Below are positions 12,301 to 22,378 of a DNA stretch of 64,000 nt, in pieces; within the stretch, counting starts at the first letter, position 1; each line of letters begins with the position of its first letter. Under the pieces are notes generated by a model. That model was given only the letters and a program-made list of their open reading frames with translations, ran no database searches and was not told where the DNA came from. This stretch comes from Auanema rhodensis. Lineage: Eukaryota > Animalia > Nematoda. The position numbers were made by a program, and so were the translations under genes. Where the stretch lies: the NCBI GenBank assembly GCA_964057225.1, contig OZ059894.1, positions 5,084,001 to 5,148,000 on the forward strand, given 5' to 3'.

Positions 12301-15300
12301 AGCTATGTTGAGTGTACATGGAAACTCAACATACACTAATGCATCATTTTTCAAACGATCATAACTAATTTTTGTATTAAGCGTTTCTCAAAGTAGTATA
12401 GTGCATTCGATGCGGATTTCCAAGCTGCGTCGATCTGTGTTATCAGATTTGCGCTAGCTTAAAAATGCACCGAGATATCAACTGATATAAGTTCACACTT
12501 ATATCCTTGATTTTCACCCTGGAGAATTAATTTTTTCGTTGAATAACATTGTCCATCGTCTTTGCCTTGAAAAAAGGAATCTAAAAACATCTACTTTTTG
12601 CTAAATTATTTTGAAATTTTTCGAAAAAATTTTTGTCAAAATGTTTTTGGAAGCAATGTTGAGTGTACATGGAAACTCAACATACACTAATGCATTATTT
12701 TTCAAACGATCATAACTAATTTTTGTATTAAGCGTTCCTCAAAGTAGTATAGTGCATTCGATGCGGATTTCCAAGCTGCGTCGATCTGTGTTATCAGATT
12801 TGCGCTAGCTTAAAAATGCACCGAGATATCAACTGATATAAGTTCACACTTATATCCTCCATTTTCACCCTGAAGAATTAATTTTTTCGTTGAATAACAT
12901 TGTCCATCGTCTTTGCCTTGAAAGAAGGAATCTAAAAACATCTACTTTTTGCTAAATTATTTTGAAATTTTTCGAAAAAATTTTTGTCAAAATGTTTTTG
13001 GAAGCTATGTTGAGTGTACATGGAAACTCAACATACACTTATGCATCATTTTTCAAACGATCATAACTAATTTTTGTATTAAGCGTTCCTCAATGTAGTA
13101 TAGTGCATTCGATGCGGATTTTTAAGCTGCGTCGATCTGTGTTATCAGATTTGCGCTAGCTTAAAAATGCACCGAGATATCAACTGATATAAGTTCACAC
13201 TTATATCCTCGATTTTCACCCTGAAGAATTAATTTTTTCGTTGAATAACATTGTCCATCGTCTTTGCCTTGAAAAAAGGAATCTAAAAACATCTACTTTT
13301 TGCTAAATTATTTTGAAATTTTTCGAAAAAATTTTTGTCAAAATGTTTTTGGAAGCTATGTTGAGTGTACATGGAAACTCAACATACACTAATGCATCAT
13401 TTTTCAAACGATCATAACTAATTTTTGTATTAAGCGTTTCTCAAAGTAGTATAGTGCATTCGATGCGGATTTTCAAGTTGCGTCGATCTGTGTTATCAGA
13501 TTTGCGCTAGCTTAAAAATGCACCGAGATATCAACTGATATAAGTTCACACTTATATCCTCCATTTTCACCCTGAAGAATTAATTTTTTCGTTGAATAAC
13601 ATTGTCCATCGTCTTTGCCTTGAAAGAAGGAATCTAAAAACATCTACTTTTTGCTAAATTATTTTGAAATTTTTCGAAAAAATTTTTGTCAAAATGTTTT
13701 TGGAAGCTATGTTGAGTGTACATGGAAACTCAACATACACTTATGCATCATTTTTCAAACGATCATAACTAATTTTTGTATTAAGCGTTCCTCAATGTAG
13801 TATAGTGCATTCGATGCGGATTTTTAAGCTGCGTCGATCTGTGTTATCAGATTTGCGCTAGCTTAAAAATGCACCGAGATATCAACTGATATAAGTTCAC
13901 ACTTATATCCTCGATTTTCACCCTGAAGAATTAATTTTTTCGTTGAATAACATTGTCCATCGTCTTTGCCTTGAAAAAAGGAATCTAAAAACATCTACTT
14001 TTTGCTAAATTATTTTGAAATTTTTCGAAAAAATTTTTGTCAAAATGTTTTTGGAAGCTATGTTGAGTGTACATGGAAACTCAACATACACTAATGCATC
14101 ATTTTTCAAACGATCATAACTAATTTTTGTATTAAGCGTTTCTCAAAGTAGTATAGTGCATTCGATGCGGATTTTCAAGTTGCGTCGATCTGTGTTATCA
14201 GATTTGCGCTAGCTTAAAAATGCACCGAGATATCAACTGATATAAGTTCACACTTATATCCTCGATTTTCACCCTGAAGAATTAATTTTTTCGTTGAATA
14301 ACATTGTCCATCGTCTTTGCCTTGAAAAAAGGAATCTAAAAACATCTACTTTTTGCTAAATTATTTTGAAATTTTTCGAAAAAATTTTTGTCAAAATGTT
14401 TTTGGAAGCTATGTTGAGTGTACATGGAAACTCAACATACACTAATGCATCATTTTTCAAACGATCATAACTAATTTTTGTATTAAGCGTTTCTCAAAGT
14501 AGTATAGTGCATTCGATGCGGATTTCCAAGCTGCGTCGATCTGTGTTATCAGATTTGCGCTAGCTTAAAAATGCACCGAGATATCAACTGATATAAGTTC
14601 ACACTTATATCCTTGATTTTCACCCTGGAGAATTAATTTTTTCGTTGAATAACATTGTCCATCGTCTTTGCCTTGAAAAAAGGAATCTAAAAACATCTAC
14701 TTTTTGCTAAATTATTTTGAAATTTTTCGAAAAAATTTTTGTCAAAATGTTTTTGGAAGCAATGTTGAGTGTACATGGAAACTCAACATACACTAATGCA
14801 TTATTTTTCAAACGATCATAACTAATTTTTGTATTAAGCGTTTCTCAAAGTAGTATAGTGCATTCGATGCGGATTTTTAAGCTGCGTCGATCTGTGTTAT
14901 CAGATTTGCGCTAGCTTAAAAATGCACCGAGATATCAACTGATATAAGTTCACACTTATATCCTCGATTTTCACCCTGAAGAATTAATTTTTTCGTTGAA
15001 TAACATTGTCCATCGTCTTTGCCTTGAAAAAAGGAATCTAAAAACATCTACTTTTTGCTAAATTATTTTGAAATTTTTCGAAAAAATTTTTGTCAAAATG
15101 TTTTTGGAAGCTATGTTGAGTGTACATGGAAACTCAACATACACTAATGCATCATTTTTCAAACGATCATAACTAATTTTTGTATTAAGCGTTTCTCAAA
15201 GTAGTATAGTGCATTCGATGCGGATTTTCAAGTTGCGTCGATCTGTGTTATCAGATTTGCGCTAGCTTAAAAATGCACCGAGATATCAACTGATATAAGT

Positions 15301-18300
15301 TCACACTTATATCCTCGATTTTCACCCTGAAGAATTAATTTTTTCGTTGAATAACATTGTCCATCGTCTTTGCCTTGAAAAAAGGAATCTAAAAACATCT
15401 ACTTTTTGCTAAATTATTTTGAAATTTTTCGAAAAAATTTTTGTCAAAATGTTTTTGGAAGCTATGTTGAGTGTACATGGAAACTCAACATACACTAATG
15501 CATCATTTTTCAAACGATCATAACTAATTTTTGTATTAAGCGTTTCTCAAAGTAGTATAGTGCATTCGATGCGGATTTCCAAGCTGCGTCGATCTGTGTT
15601 ATCAGATTTGCGCTAGCTTAAAAATGCACCGAGATATCAACTGATATAAGTTCACACTTATATCCTCCATTTTCACCCTGAAGAATTAATTTTTTCGTTG
15701 AATAACATTGTCCATCGTCTTTGCCTTGAAAAAAGAAATCTAAAAACATCTACTTTTTGCTAAATTATTTTGAAATTTTTCGAAAAAATTTTTGTCAAAA
15801 TGTTTTTGGAAGCTATGTTGAGTGTACATGGAAACTCAACATACACTAATGCATCATTTTTCAAACGATCATAACTAATTTTTGTATTAAGCGTTTCTCA
15901 AAGTAGTATAGTGCATTCGATGCGGATTTTCAAGTTGCGTCGATCTGTGTTATCAGATTTGCGCTAGCTTAAAAATGCACCGAGATATCAACTGATATAA
16001 GTTCACACTTATATCCTCGATTTTCACCCTGAAGAATTAATTTTTTCGTTGAATAACATTGTCCATCGTCTTTGCCTTGAAAAAAGGAATCTAAAAACAT
16101 CTACTTTTTGCTAAATTATTTTGAAATTTTTCGAAAAAATTTTTGTCAAAATGTTTTTGGAAGCTATGTTGAGTGTACATGGAAACTCAACATACACTAA
16201 TGCATTATTTTTCAAACGATCATAACTAATTTTTGTATTAAGCGTTCCTCAATGTAGTATAGTGCATTCGATGCGGATTTTTAAGCTGCGTCGATCTGTG
16301 TTATCAGATTTGCGCTAGCTTAAAAATGCACCGAGATATCAACTGATATAAGTTCACACTTATATCCTTGATTTTCACCCTGGAGAATTAATTTTTTCGT
16401 TGAATAACATTGTCGATCGTCTTTGTCTTGAAAAAAGGAATCTAAAAACATCTACTTTTTGCTAAATTATTTTGAAATTTTTCGAAAAAATTTTTGTCAA
16501 AATGTTTTTGGAAGCAATGTTGAGTGTACATGGAAACTCAACATACACTAATGCATCATTTTTCAAACGATCATAACTAATTTTTGTATTAAGCGTTCCT
16601 CAATGTAGTATAGTGCATTCGATGCGGATTTTCAAGCTGTGTCGATCTGTGTTATCAGATTTGCGCTAGCTTAAAAATGCACCGAGATATCAACTGATAT
16701 AAGTTCACACTTATATCCTCGATTTTCACCCTGAAGAATTGATTTTTTCGTTGAATAACATTGTCCATCGTCTTTGCCTTGAAAAAAGGAATCTAAAAAC
16801 ATCTACTTTTTGCTAAATTATTCTGAAATTTTTCGAAAAAATTTTTGTCAAAATGTTTTTGGAAGCAATGTTGAGTGTACATGGAAACTCAACATACACT
16901 AATGCATCATTTTTCAAACGATCATAACTAATTTTTGTATTAAGCGTTTCTCAAAGTAGTATAGTGCATTCGATGCGGATTTTCAAGCTGCGTCGATCTG
17001 TGTTATCAGATTTGCGCTAGCTTAAAAATGCACCGAGATATCAACTGATATAAGTTCACACTTATATCCTCGATTTTCACCCTGAAGAATTAATTTTTTC
17101 GTTGAATAACATTGTCCATCGTCTTTGCCTTGAAAAAAGGAATCTAAAAACATCTACTTTCTGCTAAATTATTTCGAAATTTTTCGAAAAAATTTTTGTC
17201 AAAATGTTTTTGGAAGCAATGTTGAGTGTACATGGAAACTCAACATACACTAATGCATCATTTTTCAAACGATCATAACTAATTTTTGTATTAAGCGTTT
17301 CTCAAAGTAGTATAGTGCATTCGATGCGGATTTTCAAGCTGCGTCGATCTGTGTTATCAGATTTGCGCTAGCTTAAAAATGCACCGAGATATCAACTGAT
17401 ATAAGTTCACACTTATATCCTCGATTTTCACCCTGAAGAATTAATTTTTTCGTTGAATAACATTGTCCATCGTCTTTGCCTTGAAAAAAGGAATCTAAAA
17501 ACATCTACTTTCTGCTAAATTATTTTGAAATTTTTCGAAAAAATTTTTGTCAAAATGTTTTTGGAAGCAATGTTGAGTGTACATGGAAACTCAACATACA
17601 CTAATGCATTATTTTTCAAACGATCATAACTAATTTTTGTATTAAGCGTTTCTCAAAGTAGTATAGTGCATTCGATGCGGATTTTTAAGCTGCGTCGATC
17701 TGTGTTATCAGATTTGCGCTAGCTTAAAAATGCACCGAGATATCAACTGATATAAGTTCACACTTATATCCTCGATTTTCACCCTGAAGAATTAATTTTT
17801 TCGTTGAATAACATTGTCCATCGTCTTTGTCTTGAAAAAAGGAATCTAAAAACATATACTTTCTGCTAAATTATTTTGAAATTTTTCGAAAAAATTTTTG
17901 TCAAAATGTTTTTGGAAGCAATGTTGAGTGTACATGGAAACTCAACATACACTAATGCATCATTTTTCAAACGATCATAACTAATTTTTGTATTAAGCGT
18001 TTCTCAAAGTAATATAGTGCATTCGATGCGGATTTCCAAGCTGCGTCGATCTGTGTTATCAGATTTGCGCTAGCTTAAAAATGCACCGAGATATCAACTG
18101 ATATAAGTTCACACTTATATCCTCGATTTTCACCCTGAAGAATTAATTTTTTCGTTGAATAACATTGTCCATCGTCTTTGCCTTGAAAAAAGGAATCTAA
18201 AAACATCTACTTTCTGCTAAATTATTTTGAAATTTTTCGAAAAAATTTTTGTCAAAATGTTTTTGGAAGCAATGTTGAGTGTACATGGAAACTCAACATA

Positions 18301-20620
18301 CACTAATGCATCATTTTTCAAACGATCATAACTAATTTTTGTATTAAGCGTTTCTCAAAGTAGTATAGTGCATTCGATGCGGATTTTCAAGCTGCGTCGA
18401 TCTGTGTTATCAGATTTGCGCTAGCTTAAAAATGCACCGAGATATCAACTGATATAAGTTCACACTTATATCCTCGATTTTCACCCTGAAGAATTAATTT
18501 TTTCGTTGAATAACATTATCCATCGTCTTTGCCTTGAAAAAAGGATTCTAAAAACATCTACTTTCTGCTAAATTATTTTGAAATTTTTCGAAAAAATTTT
18601 TGTCAAAATGTTTTTGGAAGCAATGTTGAGTGTACATGGAAACTCAACATACACTAATGCATTATTTTTCAAACGATCATAACTAATTTTTGTATTAAGC
18701 GTTTCTCAAAGTAGTATAGTGCATTCGATGCGGATTTTTAAGCTGCGTCGATCTGTGTTATCAGATTTGCGCTAGCTTAAAAATGCACCGAGATATCAAC
18801 TGATATAAGTTCACACTTATATCCTCGATTTTCACCCTGAAGAATTAATTTTTTTGTTGAATAACATTGTCCATCGTCTTTGTCTTGAAAAAAGGAATCT
18901 AAAAACATATACTTTCTGCTAAATTATTTTGAAATTTTTCGAAAAAATTTTTGTCAAAATGTTTTTGGAAGCAATGTTGAGTGTACATGGAAACTCAACA
19001 TACACTAATGCATCATTTTTCAAACGATCATAACTAATTTTTGTATTAAGCGTTTCTCAAAGTAGTATAGTGCATTCGATGCGGATTTTCAAGCTGCGTC
19101 GATATGTGTTATCAGATTTGCGCTAGCTTAAAAATGCACCGAGATATCAACTGATATAAGTTCACACTTATATCCTCGATTTTCACCCTGAAGAATTAAT
19201 TTTTTCGTTGAATAACATTGTCCATCGTCTTTGCCTTGAAAAAAGGAATCTAAAAACATCTACTTTTTGCTAAATTATTTTGAAATTTTTCGAAAAAATT
19301 TTTGTCAAAATGTTTTTGGAAGCTATGTTGAGTGTACATGGAAACTCAACATACACTTATGCATCATTTTTCAAACGATCATAACTAATTTTTGTATTAA
19401 GCGTTCCTCAATGTAGTATAGTGCATTCGATGCGGATTTTTAAGCTGCGTCGATCTGTGTTATCAGATTTGCGCTAGCTTAAAAATGCACCGAGATATCA
19501 ACTGATATAAGTTCACACTTATATCCTCGATTTTCACCCTGAAGAATTAATTTTTTCGTTGAATAACATTGTCCATCGTCTTTGCCTTGAAAAAAGGAAT
19601 CTAAAAACATCTACTTTCTGCTAAATTATTTTGAAATTTTTCGAAAAAATTTTTGTCAAAATGTTTTTGGAAGCTATGTTGAGTGTACATGGAAACTCAA
19701 CATACACTAATGCATCATTTTTCAAACGATCATAACTAATTTTTGTATTAAGCGTTTCTCAAAGTAGTATAGTGCATTCGATGCGGATTTTCAAGCTGCG
19801 TCGATCTGTGTTATCAGATTTGCGCTAGCTTAAAAATGCACCGAGATATCAACTGATATAAGTTCACACTTATATCCTCGATTTTCACCCTGAAGAATTA
19901 ATTTTTTCGTTGAATAACATTGTCCATCGTCTTTGCCTTGAAAAAAGGAATCTAAAAACATCTACTTTTTGCTAAATTATTTTGAAATTTTTCGAAAAAA
20001 TTTTTGTCAAAATGTTTTTGGAAGCTATGTTGAGTGTACATGGAAACTCAACATACACTTATGCATCATTTTTCAAACGATCATAACTAATTTTTGTATT
20101 AAGCGTTCCTCAATGTAGTATAGTGCATTCGATGCGGATTTTTAAGCTGCGTCGATCTGTGTTATCAGATTTGCGCTAGCTTAAAAATGCACCGAGATAT
20201 CAACTGATATAAGTTCACACTTATATCCTCGATTTTCACCCTGAAGAATTAATTTTTTCGTTGAATAACATTGTCCATCGTCTTTGCCTTGAAAAAAGGA
20301 ATCTAAAAACATCTACTTTTTGCTAAATTATTTTGAAATTTTTCGAAAAAATTTTTGTCAAAATGTTTTTGGAAGCAATGTTGAGTGTACATGGAAACTC
20401 AACATACACTAATGCATCATTTTTCAAACGATCATAACTAATTTTTGTATTAAGCGTTTCTCAAAGTAATATAGTGCATTCGATGCGGATTTCCAAGCTG
20501 CGTCGATCTGTGTTATCAGATTTGCGCTAGCTTAAAAATGCACCGAGATATCAACTGATATAAGTTCACACTTATATCCTCGATTTTCACCCTGAAGAAT
20601 TAATTTTTTCGTTGAATAAC
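4287..20620 (-). repeat. 351-bp satellite (family A), about 46.5 monomers, reverse orientation
   Basis: cataactaattttt at 4287 and 20433: difference 16146 = 46 x 351, so no net indel. Monomers differ only at a few recurrent substitution sites. Confidence 0.97.
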
Positions 20621-21572
20621 GCTTAATACAAAAATTAGTTATGATCGTTTGAAAAATGATGCATTAGTGTATGTTGAGTTTCCATGTACACTCAACATTG
20701 CTTCCAAAAACATTTTGACAAAAATTTTTTCGAAAAATTTCAAAATAATTTAGCAGAAAGTATATGTTTTTAGATTCCTTTTTTCAAGGCAAAGACGATG
20801 GACAATGTTATTCAACGAAAAAATTAATTCTTCAGGGTGAAAATCGAGGATATAAGTGTGAACTTATATCAGTTGATATCTCGGTGCATTTTTAAGCTAG
20901 CGCAAATCTGATAACACAGATCGACGCAGCTTAAAAATTCGCATCGAATGCACTATACTACATTGAGGAACGCTTAATACAAAAATTAGTTATGATCGTT
21001 TGAAAAATGATGCATTAGTGTATGTTGAGTTTCCATGTACACTCAACATAGCTTCCAAAAACATTTTGACAAAAATTTTTTCGAAAAATTTCAAAATAAT
21101 TTAGCAAAAAGTAGATGTTTTTAGATTCCTTTTTTCAAGGCAAAGACGATGGACAATGTTATTCAACGAAAAAATTAATTCTTCAGGGTGAAAATCGAGG
21201 ATATAAGTGTGAACTTATATCAGTTGGTATCTCGGTGCATTTTTAAGCTAGCGCAAATCTGATAACACAGATCGACGCAGCTTAAAAATCCGCATCGAAT
21301 GCACTATACTACATTGAGGAACGCTTAATACAAAAATTAGTTATGATCGTTTGAAAAATGATGCATTAGTGTATGTTGAGTTTCCATGTACACTCAACAT
21401 TGCTTCCAAAAACATTTTGACAAAAATTTTTTCAAAAAATTTCAAAATAATTTAGCAAAAAGTAGAAGTTTTTAGATTCCTTTTTTCAAGGCAAAGACGA
21501 TGGACAATGTTATTCAACGAAAAAATTAATTCTTCAGGGTGAAAATGGAGGATATAAGTGTGAACTTATATC
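20618..21572 (+). repeat. 351-bp satellite (family A), about 2.7 monomers, forward orientation
   Basis: Orientation flips at gttgaat-AAC-gcttaatac (3-nt microhomology, 20618-20620); the array ends at ...gaacttatatc (21572). Confidence 0.95.
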
Positions 21573-21892
21573 GAAAGATAAAGAGATGCGGTTTTCAAAA
21601 TTAGATTTCGCATGTCCATATTAGTCTAAAAACAAATTTTTATTGATATTGGTGCATGGTAACCATGACTTTAAAATTTACGTGAACTTTAATTTATGCT
21701 AATTAAGTGTACACATGATGTGCACTTGGTATGTAACTCGCTTCAAGTCAAAGATAAAGAGATGCGGTTTTCAAAATTAGATTCCCCATGTCCATATTAG
21801 TCTAAAAACGAATTTTTATTGATATTGATGCATGGTAACCATGACTTTGAAATTTACGTGAACTTTAATTTATGCTTATTAAGTGTACACGT
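21573..21892 (+). repeat. 176-bp satellite (family B), about 1.8 monomers left of the LINE
   Basis: Starts gaaagataaagagatgcgg and ends aagtgtacacgt; same monomer as 26649-64000. Confidence 0.95.
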
Positions 21893-21901
21893 TTGAACGG
21901 G

Positions 21902-21907
21902 TTTATT
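21902..21907 (-). promoter_or_regulatory. Putative polyadenylation signal AATAAA at the LINE 3' end
   Basis: tttatt on the plus strand, about 9 nt from the 3' junction. The minus strand reads ttcgaac-AATAAAccc-gttcaaac. Confidence 0.5.
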
Positions 21908-22378
21908 GTTCGAATCACAGGTTAAAAGCGGAAACAATGTTAATAAATAGAGAAAATTGTAGATATACAGAAGAACCTTACAATACAAACATACATAATA
22001 ATTGGCTAGATATATGTAAATAAACGAGTCGTGCATATTTCCTTTTATTATGATAGCGTACAGCACTACTGGTGTGTTAAGGTTTCGAAGTTCTAGTTAG
22101 GTAGAGGAGAGAAAAGTTGTTCAGTGTAGATCACTGACCTCTGTAGTATTCTGACAGGTGCGGTGGAACTCTTGACATGAGTCGAGCCCGTTCTGACAGT
22201 AAGAGGTAACTAACGCTTGATCCATATGACTAATGTCTATAGGATTCGGAGCATAGTAACAGGTCTCGGAGGTTAACTAGGAAACTGTCTAACTATAACA
22301 TGCAGTGAGGCTAGCAGGCTAGTAATATGGAAAAAAATATACATGAGCAAGATTTCAAGTTACATTAATCAGAGCAGG

